A stretch of 64,000 nt of DNA from Heteronotia binoei (lineage: Eukaryota), in the NCBI RefSeq assembly GCF_032191835.1, contig NC_083227.1, forward strand, positions 30,256,001 to 30,320,000. Direction: 5' to 3'. Below, piece after piece: positions 1-12,279 of this stretch. Within the stretch, counting starts at the first letter, position 1; each line of letters begins with the position of its first letter. The position numbers were made by a program, and so were the translations under genes. Under the pieces are notes generated by a model, which saw nothing but the letters and a program-made list of their open reading frames with translations, did no database searches and had not been told where the DNA came from.

Positions 1-493
1 TTTCCCTCTGAATTTTCTTCACCCAATCAAACGGACTGCAGGGATCCTGAGAGATGTAAGCCCACCAGCAATTCCAATGTAGGCTTCTCCCTGAATTCTA
101 GGCCATTCTAGGCCTCAGACTCATGACAGCTTCAAATAAGAAAACGGAGTGAAGTCACAGCCTACCTTGCTTTGACATCTTGTGCTAGCAGAAAGGTACA
201 CTTCAGAAAGAAGGGGGGACTCAAGCCATTCCTTTCTCCTTTCCATGACCTAATTCTTACGCAGAACGGATGTTTCTGCTCCTTTGGAAAGTGGCAATGA
301 TCAACAGCCCCCGAGAAATATCTTTTCTGCTGTAAGCAGGACAAAAGAAGTAGGAAAGTTACCTACTTACAATCACATTTTCCCATTTCAATTCCCTTTT
401 CTGATCTGAGGAACAGAATGCTGCAGGGCAGCTGCTTACACAATCACCTTGCAAATATGTCCCCAAAAGATACTGGTTCATGTGAGGTCTTAC

Positions 494-954
494 CAGGCCC
501 GTAGCTATGGGCAGTGGGGGGAAGGCAGCTCCATTCAACCCCCCTTCTCTCTGTAGGGCCCCTCTATTGGAGAGCCTCGTATACGAATTTGGCAGCAGGA
601 CCCGAAGATGAGGGAGGGGAGCAAGCTCAAGAAAAACCAACAAGAGAGAGAGAGAGAGCGACAGCCAGGGGGAAAGAGAGAGAGAGAGAGAAAACAAAAG
701 AGTATGTGAGAGAACAAGGGGGACAGTGAGAGAGAGGAACAGCGAGGGGAAGAGCGAGTAAGCGACAGCGAGATAGAGAGCGAGCACAAGAGAGAGTGAG
801 AGAGCAACAGCGAGAAGAGAGCGGGAGAGAGAGCTGGGGCCGGGCGGGCTGGCTGGTGGAGGGAAGAAGCAGCCAAGACCCACGCACACACCCCCCAAAA
901 AATGTTTTTAACCTTCTGGGCCCCTCCACCCAAAATTTTCTGGCTATGGGTCTG
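494..954. mobile_element. Non-autonomous hAT element (MITE) with internal GA-rich microsatellite
   Basis: TIRs CAGGCCCGTAGCTA (494) and TGGCTATGGGTCTG (941-954); perfect 8-bp TSD GGTCTTAC at 486-493 and 955-962. The low-complexity ORFs here are microsatellite artefacts. Confidence 0.85.
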
Positions 955-1779
955 GGTCTTACAGCAGTCAAAGCTTTCAAGAGCTCCGTAAAACTTGGTA
1001 TTTTAGCAAACCTGGCATGAGAATCTGCACCTGTTCAAATACTTCCCTGCATTGCATTGAACTAGATCTCAGGTTGGATCTTTGCCTGGCTATGATATTC
1101 ACTTGGTGACCTTGACCAAGTCACTTTAATTAAAAAGGCATGGGAGGTATAAGCAATGAGCTGTTATTACTGTTGTTATTAGAGTAAAAACATAATATTA
1201 AAAGGTAACTTAGAAAGTGCAGGTTTCATATATTTTTGTATTTCCTCTTCTTACTTTTCAGCACCCAAAACAGCTGCATACCTGCCACATTTTCCCCCTC
1301 TCCTTTATTTTACATATTTAAATCCTATTTTCATTTTCTTCCCTAAGCATTTCTGTGGGACGTCCATAATGTCGCCTTTTAAATGTCAAATTATTTTTTA
1401 AAAAAAATTATGACCCACTTTGGGGGAGCATTAGGCAAAGCAGAAAGGTGGCATGCAAATAGTCTATTTTTGTTCATTAAAAGAAATTGACATAAGGCCT
1501 ATTCACGCTGTATTTTGACGACCGACTGTGAAAGGCGCGCAAGCTTTCAAGTTCTCCAGAAAGGTCCATCACGTTGTCCAGACAGACAGACAGACAGACA
1601 GAGGCGCTCTTTCAAGCCACCGTCTCAAATCCCCTGTTCTCTGCTCCTTGGGAAAAATAAACGGCAGGCTAATTCGCCTTCACCCACAGCATTCTGGGAA
1701 GAAGAAGGAAAAAAATGGACGCCCTGCAACTATAAATAAATAGCTTGTGTATCTTCCCTCTGATGCTCGCCAAAATACA

Positions 1780-2400
1780 AAAGGCCCTTAAGAGGCGGAA
1801 AGGAAAGGACCAACTTCCGCAGTCCTGCAAATTCACTGTGCAATCCCAGGCAGAATTCCTGCAGCCTGCCGGTGAGTTTCATCCCGGAGGAATGGAAGGG
1901 ACTAATGGAAGGGGCTAAGGGAAGCGACCCAAGGCAAGGCTGCTTTTTTCTCTTTCCTCCTCCGACCGTCTCAAGCCCGGGGTTCCCAAAGGGAGACAAT
2001 ACATTTCCTGGCGAGCCCCACAGCCACCCGCACAAGTAAAGGGATAAGGGGAGGGGGGCGCTTTACCTTCCGCAACCAGGCGCGCTCAGAAGGAAAGGAG
2101 GGGCGAGACGAGACAAGAAGGAAGCCGGTCAATACATGGAATCCCCGCGGGGAACCCTTTGTACACCGCAGAATGCGCCGAGGACCAACAAGGCAGCAAT
2201 CTGATCAGCTGCCGGCGCGCACCAATGCTGGGGCGGGAGACGCGAGGCTGGGGAGGAGTTCACTTCACCCTTTCCTCTCCCCTTTCTTGTAGGAATGCTG
2301 CTCTTGGATGGAGCCCTGTCGGAAACAGTCACCTGAGCGGATCTTTACTTGGCTTGTGACAACTGACAAGGGCTAGGAGGGCTGGGGGACGCTCGGTAAA
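1780..2400. promoter_or_regulatory. CpG-rich promoter-like region, possibly of a gene running leftward out of the window
   Basis: Local CpG enrichment; CCAAT and GGGCGG motifs near 2220-2240; ETS-like ACTTCCG at about 1815; possible minus-strand donor near 2063-2068. Confidence 0.4.
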
Positions 2401-2643
2401 ACAAAACAAAAAAAGCCATACTGGAAGAAAATCTCTAGTTCAGGTGCGGCCTGGTGATCTCCAGGGCAGAGAACGCCCTGGCTGCGGACAGCCAGATATC
2501 TCTCAAGTCAGGGACCACCAGCAGATGTTGATGACCAGAGCACCAGGAGAGGTGAGCCTGAAGATGTGGGTCCCTCGCCATTAAGAAGAAGACTGTAGAT
2601 TTATACCTCGCTCTTCTCTCTGAATCAAGAGTCTCAGGCTGCG

Positions 2644-2780
2644 ATCCCACACACTAAATAATGCACTTTCAATCCACTTTCAGTGCACTTTCCAACTGGA
2701 TTTTGACAGTTCACACAGTCAAATCCAGTTGGAAAGTGCACTGAAAGTGGCTTGAAAGTACATTATTTAGGGTGTATGAT
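2644..2780. repeat. Near-perfect palindrome (fold-back MITE-like element)
   Basis: About 62-bp arms (CTAAATAATGCACTTTCAATCCACTTTCAGTGCACTTTCCAACTGGATTT and its reverse complement) around a short loop. Confidence 0.8.
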
Positions 2781-3079
2781 CACAGTCTCAGAGCAGATTA
2801 CAAGAAAAAAGAAAGGGCCAGTTTCAGTGGCTCACTGTCCATAGCCGTTGAGGCCCCCATATCAGCATCCGCCTGACTCAGTCATAGAATACTCCATCTT
2901 AGAAGGGTTCAGTCTCAGCTGACTCCACTTTAGGCATCCCATCATGGCTTTCCAATTCCTCAGCCAAATAAGTTGGGACGGTGTCCAGCCCACTGCCCAA
3001 CAAGAGATACAGATGGCTGTTAATCAGCATATTGATGACAACCCAGCCCAAAACTCTGCACCAGCTGGGCAAGGGGATG

Positions 3080-3165
3080 CATGTATAAGCTTTTGTGTGC
3101 AAGCTTTTAAATATACTTTTGAAAGTAGAAGCTTTCATGTGTAAGTTAACTTCTTCAGATACAAA
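3080..3165 (-). mobile_element. Penelope-like pseudo-LTR relics (two partial copies) with degenerate hammerhead core
   Basis: Minus strand 3162-3129 reads GTAT-CTGAAGA-A-(stem II)-GAAAGCTT; a second partial copy GCTTGCACACAAAAGCTTATAC is adjacent. Confidence 0.6.
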
Positions 3166-3799
3166 CAATGCAACAGAAATCTCCTACTTACAGGAAAGAG
3201 GGTGGAGGGGCAGGAAGGGTCAAGATGCATAAGTTGAGCTGAAATTGGAGCAGGTGGCCAATAAGATCACGCCCTGAGAAAACTGCTCGGTTCTCACAAA
3301 GACCACAAACAGGAACGTGGGTGAGGACCATGTGTCTGGCATACCAGCCTGGAGTCCTGCGTTTCCCTATTGTGGCTGAAGAGTCAAAAGGGCACAGGCA
3401 TCTCACATCTCTGTGTTCAACCACATTCTCACTCTTTATGCTGACCCCTTGCAGTATTGACAAATTGATGACTATATTGAATCCTGTAAACAGTATAGAA
3501 ATGGTCTGCTTCCAGCGAACAGATGCTTCCTGTTGTTTGTTTAAGCACTATGTACTGAGCAAATATGTAGCTTCAAGACAGAATGTATAAATAAAGTAAG
3601 GGTTGGCTGAAAAGTCAGATCTCTCTGCTTCCTAAAGATACATGGGTCGAGTGATCATTCCTTCAAAGATCAATGAATGGCAGCAAATTAGCATAAATAC
3701 AAGAGCTAACAAAGAGATGTGAGAGTGAAGTCAGAGTCCAGCTGCACCCTCAAGACAAACCAAGCTCAACCCTAAGTACATGCGAGACTTAGCATGTAC

Positions 3800-4660
3800 A
3801 CACTGCTTCACATACATTGAAACAGTTTGAGTCCAGTGACCGCTTTAAGACCCAAAAAGTTTAATTTCTGGGTATTAGTAAGAACTGGGAGACTTAGTGT
3901 GTAGTGAGATAAGAAGCCTATATCTCTGTTGAGCCCCAGGGGCGCCATTGTCCTGAGTGCTGTAATAACTTGTAATTCAGCAATCTCTCATTCTAGCCTG
4001 TTTCCTGAAATTCCTTTGCAATAAAGCAGCTACTTTGAGGTCTCCTATTGAATGTCCTTGGAGGCTGAAATATTCTACAGGTCTCTCAAGTTTTGTGATT
4101 CTTGATGTTAGATTTGTGTCCATTTTTTCTTTGGCATAGGGTTTGACCTGTTTGTCCTATGTTGAGAACTGAAAGGCATCGTTGGCATTTAATGGCAAGT
4201 ACAATGTTAGAAGATAAGTAGGTGAATAAGCCTGAGACAGTGTAGTTGATATTGAGTTTTAATAAAATCCTGCCCCCCAGAGTTTGTTTAAACAGTTCTT
4301 TGTGAAGCTAATGGATGCTGATCAGTTTGAAGTGGGAGCATTGTTGTGTAGGTGCAGTTCTGTCAAACCTGATGCAAATTGGTGTGGCAGCAAAGTTGGC
4401 ATCTGGGTTTATTGCAAGCGTCCATTTTCAAGTATTGAAGGTTATGGAACAGATGAGGGTCTAGCCTGTGTCAATCATATAGTTATGATGCTGCTTATCT
4501 AATAAGGAGGGATTAAAACTAAATTGTATGGGGGAGCAAGACAATAATTCAAAGCTTCGTATGATGCCAGAAACTGGGGATAAGAACATTAAAGATTTGC
4601 AGAGAGTGGTGCATACGCTAGGTAATGTTAACTTGCAGGCTTGTACGGAAACCAAACTCT
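3800..4660 (-). mobile_element. Penelope-like retroelement fragment, degenerate GIY-YIG endonuclease region
   Basis: Minus-strand translation gives SSNIVLAIKCQRC...NIGQTGQTLCQRKNGHKSNIKNH...YFSLQGHSIGDLKVA, typical of the PLE GIY-YIG domain, with stops and frameshifts. Confidence 0.75.
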
Positions 4661-4664
4661 CAGG

Positions 4665-6925
4665 ATGCATAAAAACGTGGATTCCGATGTCTCTACACTA
4701 ATGCATAGAGTATGGGAAACAGGAGGAACTGGAAGTCCTAATAAAGGAAGGAGACTATGACATAATAGGCCTTACTGAAACATGGTGGGATGACACTCAC
4801 AACTGGAATATTAGGATTCAGGGGTACAACTTATTTAAAAGGGACAGGCAAATGAGAAAGGGCGTAGGCGTAGCAGTATATGTGAAGGAGGTATATACTT
4901 GTGAGGAAATATGTGAATCAGAGCATGGCAGCTCAGTTGAGAGTCTCTGGGTAAAAATAAAAGGAGTAAGAAACAACAGTGATATTATTGTGGGGGTCTG
5001 CTATAGACCACCAAGTCAGGCAGAGGACTTGGATGAGATACTTCTACAGCAGATTGCAAAGTTCTCCAAGAGAAGAGATACCGTGATCATGGTAGATTTC
5101 AATTACCTGGACATCTGTTGGAAGTCCAACTCTGCTAAAAATGAAAAGTCAAATAGATTCCTGACTTGTCTTGCTGACAACTTCCTTTTTCAGGAAGTGA
5201 AGAAGGAAACAAGGGGATCTGCTATCTTGAATATGATTCTCACCAGCAAGGAAGAATTGATTGAAGAAGTGGAAATAGTGGGCACCCCGGGCAGTAGTGA
5301 CCATGTGATTTTGTAATTTACAGTCTTAGGGAAGGGGAAAGCTATACATGGTCAGACTTATAGGCTGGACTTCAGAAAGGCATACGTTGATACTTAGAAC
5401 TATGCTGGGTAAAATCCCATAGTCAGAAATACTTAGGAGGAAGGGGGTTCAGGAGGGGTGGGAGTTTCTTAAAAGCAAAATACTGAAAGTGCAATCACAG
5501 ATGATTCCTATGAGAAGAAAACATGGAAAAAGCCTAAAGAAGCCGAAGTGGCTCCATAAACAGCTCTCTAAAGACTTGAGAAATAAAAAAAGACTCCCTA
5601 AAGGAGGAAGGAGGGCCTTATAACCAAGGATGAATATAAACAAATCACCAGTGCTTGTAGATAAAAAGTTAGGAAAGCTAAAGCTCAGTATGAGTTTAGG
5701 CTAACCAAAGATGCTAAAAATAACAAAAAAGGGATCTTTTCTTATGTTCAGAGTAAAAAAAAGAGCAAGGACACGGTAGGCCCATTGCAAGGACAAGAAA
5801 GTGAAATTGTAACAGGTAATGAAGAGAGGGTGGAACTGCTCAATTCCTATTTTTCCTCAGTCTTCTCTTCTTAGGGAAATGGTGCTCAACATGGCAAAAA
5901 CAGAACGTATAAGGAGGGTATCAAGTTCCAACCTAGGATCAGCATGGGGGTAGTACATAAACACCTAGTTTCTTTAAATGAAACTAAGTCTTCGGGGCCA
6001 GATGAATTGCATACAAGTGTTCTAAAAGAGCTTGCAGATGTAATTTCTAAGCCTCTGGCTATTATTTTTGAGAATTCTTGGAGAACAGGAGAGGTGCTGG
6101 AAGACTGGAGGCAGATGAATGTTGTCCCCATCTTCAAGAAGGGGAAAAAAGACGATCCAGGTAACTACCGACCCATCAGCTTGACATCTATACCTGGAAA
6201 AGTTTTAGAACAAAACAGTCGGTCCTGGAACATTTAGAAAGAATGGATGTAATTACTAAGAGCCAGCATGGTTTTCTCAAGAACAAGTCATGTCAGATTA
6301 ACCTGATCTCATTTTTTGAGAAAGTGACTACCTTGCTAGATCAGGGGAATGCTGTAGACGTCGTTTATCTTGATTTCAGTAAGGCTTCTGATAAAGTTCC
6401 ACGTATTATTCTTGTTGACAAGTTGGTAAAATGTGGTTTGGATCCTGTTACCGTTAGGTGGATCTGTAACTGGTTGACAGATTGCACCCAAAGAGTGCTT
6501 GTGAATGGTTCCTCATCCTCTTGGAGAGAAGTGACAAGTGGAGTGCCTCAACGATCTGTCCTGGGACCTGTTTTGTTCAACATCTTTATCAATGATTTGG
6601 ATGAAGGAATAGAGGGAATGGTTCTAAAATTTGCAGATGATACTAAATTGGGAGGGGTTGCAAAAACAGAAGACGACAGAAACAGGATACAGGATGACTT
6701 TGACAGGCTGGATAACTGGGCTAAAATCAATAAAATGAATTTTAACAGGGATAAATGTAAAGTTCTGCATTTAGGTAGGAAAAATCCAATGCGTGGTTAT
6801 AGGATGGGGGAGGCTTGTCTTAGCAGTAGTATGTGCGAAAAGGATCTAGGGGTCTTAGTGGATCATATGCTGAACATGAGTCAACAGTGTGATGCAGTGG
6901 CTAAAAAGGCAAATGCAATTAAAAA
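4665..6925 (+). mobile_element. CR1 LINE ORF2 (APE endonuclease + reverse transcriptase), degenerate and 3' truncated
   Basis: Motifs FRCLYTNA, VGVCYRPPSQ, NYRPISLTSIPGK, VYLDFSKA, LKFADDTKLGG; several stops/frameshifts; breaks off at KKANAI (about 6925). Confidence 0.95.
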
Positions 6926-7247
6926 GGCAGCGGGGAGGCGCTCGGTTACCCGCGGACGGCGGGCTTCCCCGGCACGTGCTGGGAGCTGACGCCTGCGGCC
7001 TGAGCCTACCCTCCCCGTGCGGCCCCGCCTTCCCTCCGGATGGAAGGGCTCCACATCCTGATGCCCGTGCTCCACGACGCCCTCCCAGGGGTGCCGCGGT
7101 CGGGGTCGGTCCCAACGTCCACCAGCCCTGCCGCCGCTGAGGCGGGGGACTCTGTGGTCCGAGGCGAGTGATCCCCGCGATGGCGCCCGCGATACCGGTA
7201 GCGTGGGGGTGGGCGTGGCCGGCGGTCCCTTCTCTCTGTGGCGGCGT
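6926..7247. other. Very CpG-rich insert between truncated CR1 and a headless SINE
   Basis: Abrupt compositional switch to GC/CpG-rich sequence; origin not identified. Confidence 0.5.
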
Positions 7248-7492
7248 GGGGTTTGATTCCCCACTCTTCCACTTGCAGCTGCTGGAATGGCCTTGGGTCA
7301 GCCATAGCTCTCATAGGAGTTGTCCTTGAAAGGGCAGCTGTTGTATGAGCTCTCTCAGCCCCACCTACGTCACAGGGTGTCTGTTGTGGTGGGGGGGAGG
7401 TAAAGGAGATTGTGACCACTCTGAGATTCTGAGACTCTGAGATTCAGAGTATAGGGTGGGATATAAATCCAATATCATCATCTTCCTCTTCT
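7248..7492 (+). mobile_element. Squam3-type tRNA-derived SINE, 5' truncated
   Basis: Family body GGTTTGATTCCCCACTC...CACAGGGTGTCTGTTGTG...GGGATATAAATCCAATATCATCATCTT, shared with many copies in the window. Confidence 0.8.
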
Positions 7493-7579
7493 ACACATAA
7501 AAGGGTAGTAGAAAAAAGTAACCATTACAGGTCTGTAGCTCACCAAAAGTTTCTGAGTAAGCTTGGGATAAGAGGACAT

Positions 7580-8060
7580 AAATCGATGGTGCGGTCTCAT
7601 TTGGAGTACTGTGTGCAGTTCTGGTCGCCGCACCTCAAAAAGGATATTATAGCATTGGAGAAAGTTCAGAAAAGGGCAACTAAAATGATTAAAGGGCTGG
7701 AACACCTTCCCTATGAAGAAAGGTTGAAACGCTTAGGGCTCTTTAGCTTGGAGAAACGTCGACTGAGGGGTGACATGATAGAAGTTTACAAGATAATGCA
7801 TGGGATGGAGAAAGTAGAGAAAGAAGTACTTTTCTCCCTTTCTCACAATACAAGAACTCGTGGGCATTCGATGAAATTGCTGAGCAGACAGGTTAAAACG
7901 GATAAAAGGAAGTACTTCTTCACCCAAAGGGTGATTAACATGTGGAATTCACTGCCACAGGAGGTGGTGGCGTCCACAAGCATAGCCATCTTCAAGAAGG
8001 GGTTAGATACAAATATGGAACAGAGGTCCATCAGTGGCTATTAGCCACAGTGTGTGTGTG

Positions 8061-8098
<38 letters not shown>

Positions 8099-8183
8099 GC
8101 CGCTGTGTGACACAGAATGTTGGACTGGATGGGCCATTGGCCTGATCTAACATGGCTTCTCTTATGTTCTTATGTTCTTATGA
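7580..8183 (+). mobile_element. CR1 LINE 3' end (intact ORF2 C-terminus, 3' UTR with internal microsatellite, TTCTTATG tail)
   Basis: ORF 7586-8044 LEYCVQFWSP...RRLRGDMIEVYK...WNSLPQEVV; (GT)n(TA)n at 8050-8095; (TTCTTATG)x3 terminus. Confidence 0.92.
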
Positions 8184-8184
8184 C

Positions 8185-9070
8185 AGGGGCTCTTAAGAGA
8201 TTAAAAATTGGTTAAATGTTGGGAAGCAAAGAGTAAGAGTAAATGGACAGTTCTTGCCATGGAGGGAAGTAAATAGTGGAGTCCCATAAGGATTGATATT
8301 GGGGCCAGTGTTATTTAATTAATAAATGGTCAAGAATTAGAGATTATGAGCAATATAGTGACCACATTTGCAGATTACACAATTTTTTTGAGTATGATGA
8401 AAACTAAGGCCAACTAATTTATTTATTATTTATTTATTTCTGTAAACTTATAGTCCACCCTTTCCCATAATGGGCTCAGGGCGGATTCCAACATGTTAGA
8501 ACAACTAAAAACCAACAATACAACAATCAATAAATAAACAATACAACAGTCGAAAAATTAAAACAAATTAAGAAATTAAAACAGTTAAGCCATTAGCTCA
8601 GAATTAGGCTCCCCAGGAAGATCTTTGCAAATTAAGTGACTAGGTACCTGTGTGTCAAATGAAGTTCAGTATAGGTAAGTATAAAGTGATACAAACTAGA
8701 ACAAAAAATCCCATCTTCAAGTTTATGCTAATAGGTTCTGTAGCTGCTGACCCTGAAATGGAAAGGGAACTTGGAGTCATAGCAGTGTGCTTAATGAAAC
8801 TATGAACTGAGCGTGCCCCTGAAATGAAAAAGGCAAACTCTGAGCTGGGAGTTATTAGGAAAGGGACTGAAAATAAAACATTCCATATTACGATGACCCT
8901 GTACAGATCAATGGTGCATTAGACTACTGTGTGTACTTCTGATTACTCAAAATCTCAAAAACGATATTGCAGAGCTGGGGAAAGTATAGAAGCAGCCAAC
9001 CATGATGATAAAGGAGTTGAAGCACATTTCCTTTGAGGAAAGGCTGAAGAGTTTGGGAGTTTTCAGTTTA
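8185..9070 (+). mobile_element. Older degenerate CR1 RT fragment
   Basis: Recognisable KQRVRVNGQF..WREVNSGVP, TTFADYT and LRIKELKHISFEERLKSLG-like motifs with many stops. Confidence 0.65.
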
Positions 9071-9197
9071 GAAAAGAGTTGGCCCACAACAGCTTCAATG
9101 TGCACAGTTGCTGTAGATTGCAAATACACTTGCTTGTAGGAGTAGACCAAGAGGCACAACGGCTTGGTGGATCCTTTAAACACCCATGCAAGTAGTG

Positions 9198-9476
9198 GAA
9201 GAAGAAGAATTGCAGATTTATACCCTGCCCTTCTCTTTGAATCAGAGACTCAGAGCAGCTTACCATCTCCCATATCTTCTCCCCCCACAACAGACACCCT
9301 GTGAGGTGGGTGGGGCTGAGAGAGCTCTCCCAGAAGCTGCCCTTTCAAGGATAACTCTGGGAGAGCTATGGCTAACCCAAGGCCATTCCAGCAGGTGCAA
9401 GTGGAGGAGTGGGGAATCAAACCCGGTTCTCCCAGATAAGAGTCTGCACACTTAACCACTACACCAAACTGACTCT
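9198..9476 (-). mobile_element. Squam3-type SINE
   Basis: Full-length family match on the minus strand, with tRNA-like head and (CTT)n tail. Confidence 0.85.
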
Positions 9477-9499
9477 CAGTTTGTACAGAGCAGGAGACG

Positions 9500-10830
9500 T
9501 TCTCAGAGCTAAAGGCAGCTGGTGCTACTTAGTTGTAGATTTTTTGCACCCTTGTGGAGTGAGGGGAAGGGGGCAGCATCATGAAGCAGAGAGTTAGGAT
9601 GGCTGCAGGGTTCTTCCGACCCCCCCGGGGCGAAGCAGAAGAGTAGAGAAGTGCTTGCAAGACTGTTTGCAAACTCTTATCAGAATTATTTTGAGTTTTC
9701 TGCCTATGCTGTTTTAGATGTCTCCCCTTCCTCTTCAGCTTCGTAATAAAAGTGCCAGGTTGTACCTCAAAGGTGCAGGAGGCTGAAGAAGGCAAGCACG
9801 GCGATGGCTTCCAGGGGCTTCTCATTCCAGACTCCTTGTACTTCTTCAACAAAGGTGTCGGTTAGGATCTTAAAATCCCTGAGGGCATTCTGGAATGCAG
9901 TGGGGTCCATGGATCTTTGCAGGTGGACCATTTTAACTGAGTCCTTTCTGCGGAAGAAGAAGAAGACTGCAGATTTATACCCCGCCCTTCTCTCTAAATC
10001 AGAGACTCAGAGCAGCTCACAGTCTCCTATATCTTCTCCCCCCACAACAGACACCCTGTGAGGTGAATGGGCCTGAGAGAGTGTTCACAGAAGCTGCCCT
10101 TTCAAGGACTACTCCTGTGATAGCTATGGCTGACCGAAGGCCATTTTCAGCAGCTGCAAGTGGAAGAGTGGAGAATCTAACTCAGTTCTCCCAGATAAGA
10201 GTTTGTGCACTTAACCACTACACCAGACTGGCTCTACACCAGACTGGAGGGGTTGTGCCACATTTACTATGCTTTTGAAGGTGGTAATCAGATCGTGGCA
10301 CAGGTTGAACCAGTGCTTCTCTGCCAAAGAGTGCAAAGAATTGCATCTAAGCTATGTCAATATGCATAGCACCCATCACAACCTGAGATAGGCCCATGGT
10401 GGCCCAAAAGACCACAACATGCTGAGCAGGCCTAAAGGTGTCATTTGTGTCCATATTCATATCACCCAGATACAATATGGGTATCTGTGGCACCAAGCTG
10501 TATATTTCAACCACCAGGTCAGACACGGTTTCCAATGCAGAGGTAGGTAGCCAGCAAAAGAAATAGTATGCCCAGTCCTGGCATGAACAAAGAATCAATA
10601 CAAGGAATCTGCAAAAGGGAAGAATCGCACAAGATGATAGCTACTCCTCCCCGTGTCTTTCAGTGCAGGGCTAATGACCAGGCAGAATTTACGGAGATAC
10701 AACGAATCCTTTTCTTCTAGACAGGTCTCAGTAATGCAGGACAGATCAGTTTTCCCCTCCTGCGATATCCCAGTTTTCCTCCTCCCTGTCCGGTGTTGCA
10801 TAACATTAGCGAAGTAACAAGAGGGAGCGT
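9500..10830 (-). mobile_element. L2-clade LINE ORF2 5' part (APE endonuclease and linker), degenerate, interrupted by a SINE
   Basis: Minus-strand fragments DLSCITETCL, ILYLGDMN, ATMGLSQVV, MDPTAFQNAL, KLKRKGRHL resemble L2 ORF2. Confidence 0.7.
9953..10235 (-). mobile_element. Squam3-type SINE nested in L2
   Basis: Family match on the minus strand; L2 sequence resumes on both sides. Confidence 0.85.
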
Positions 10831-11028
10831 GAGCTCACCACTGCATTCGTAAAATGTTAAGATACAGCTTGCATGCTCTGTTGAACAGTGATGAGGGACC
10901 CAGTAACCCTCAGTGGCATGTAAAGATGCACAGATAGTTCTTCCAGAGCATCTTCAGGGTGGGAGACAGTGCTAAGCAAACCATCTGAGTGGCTGAGTAT
11001 TAATCTGGTAAACCAGTGTCATCCCAAC

Positions 11029-11230
11029 CAGTGTTCCCTCTAAACTGAGTTACAGGTAGTTTGAGCCAGCTCACAGATTTTTAGCCTCCAGCTCACACCT
11101 TTTTGTCTTAGCTCAGGAAAAATGGCCCCAGAGCAAACTGATTTATGCAGCAGCTCACAAGTTTAATGCCAGTAGCCCACACAAAGGAGAATTTTTGCTC
11201 ACAAGACTCTGCAGCTTAGAGGGAACATTG
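11029..11230. mobile_element. hAT MITE
   Basis: TIR CAGTGTTCCCTCTAA / TTAGAGGGAACATTG; TSD ATCCCAAC / TTCCCAAC (7 of 8). Confidence 0.8.
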
Positions 11231-11419
11231 TTCCCAACAGGATGATGTTAGCTCCAGGTTCATGCCGGAACTGATGAAGCCTTTTCTTCTAGCCAGATTG
11301 GTAAGAAAAAAACAACAACAACCCTGTGCTAAGAAGCAGGGTCAAACAGTTTTACCTGTTAGTGAATTCACAAATGCCAACATAAACCAGTTACTTTGGA
11401 ATCCAGTAGCACCTTATAG

Positions 11420-11677
11420 ACCAGGTGAGGCCAAACTTGGCTCAGGAGCCACATGTGGCTCTTTCGCACATATTGTGTGGCTCTTGAACCCTCCACTGCC
11501 CCATTGGCCAGCTTGGAGAAGGCATTTCTCTCTTTAGATCACTCCTCCAAGCCAAGCCAGCTAGCGGCTTGGAAAATGCATTTAAAGTTGCTTTCTTTCC
11601 ACCTCACCCCCCATCTATTTGCCTTCCTGTCTTCCCTGTCTTGTGGCTCTCAAACATCTGACATTTATTCTATGTGT
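11420..11677 (+). mobile_element. hAT-type MITE fragment (same family as 14029-14359)
   Basis: Shared body GGCCAAACT-GGCTC...GCAGCTTGGAGAA...CAAACATCTGACATTTATTC; cut by a SINE. Confidence 0.7.
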
Positions 11678-11927
11678 GAGCCAGTTTGGTGTAATGGTTA
11701 AGTGTGCAGACTCTTATCTGGGAGAACCGGGTTTGATTCCCCACTCCTCCACTTGCACCTGCTGGAATGGCCTTGGGTCCGCCATAGCTCTGGCAGAGGT
11801 TGTCCTTGAGAGGGCAGCTGCTGTGAGAGCCCTCTCCAGCCCCACCCACCTCACAGGGTGTCTGTTGTGGGGGAGAAAGGTAAAGGAGATTGTGAGCCGC
11901 TCTGAGACTCTTCGGAGTGGAGGGTGG
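11678..11927 (+). mobile_element. Squam3-type SINE running into the gap
   Basis: GAGCCAGTTTGGTGTAATGGTTAAG head with A/B-box-like motifs. Confidence 0.85.
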
Positions 11928-12186
11928 NNNNNNNNNNNNNNNNNNNNNNNNNNNNNNNNNNNNNNNNNNNNNNNNNNNNNNNNNNNNNNNNNNNNNNNNN
12001 NNNNNNNNNNNNNNNNNNNNNNNNNNNNNNNNNNNNNNNNNNNNNNNNNNNNNNNNNNNNNNNNNNNNNNNNNNNNNNNNNNNNNNNNNNNNNNNNNNNN
12101 NNNNNNNNNNNNNNNNNNNNNNNNNNNNNNNNNNNNNNNNNNNNNNNNNNNNNNNNNNNNNNNNNNNNNNNNNNNNNNNNNNNNNG
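11928..12186. other. Assembly gap (259 N)
   Basis: Run of N; ORFs spanning it are artefacts. Confidence 1.
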
Positions 12187-12279
12187 CCATCTTGTTATAT
12201 AGACCAACAAGGTTTTTGGGGCGGGGGATAAGCCCTCCAGAATCAAAGCTAGCTTCCTAACCTAAACCAGCGCAGGAGA

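Noticed and set aside
359-1020. Long hydrophobic or Arg/Glu-rich ORFs
   Set aside because: They are translations of a GA/CT microsatellite inside a TSD-bounded hAT MITE.
11619-12260. ORFs of 90-213 aa
   Set aside because: They span the N gap and SINE sequence.
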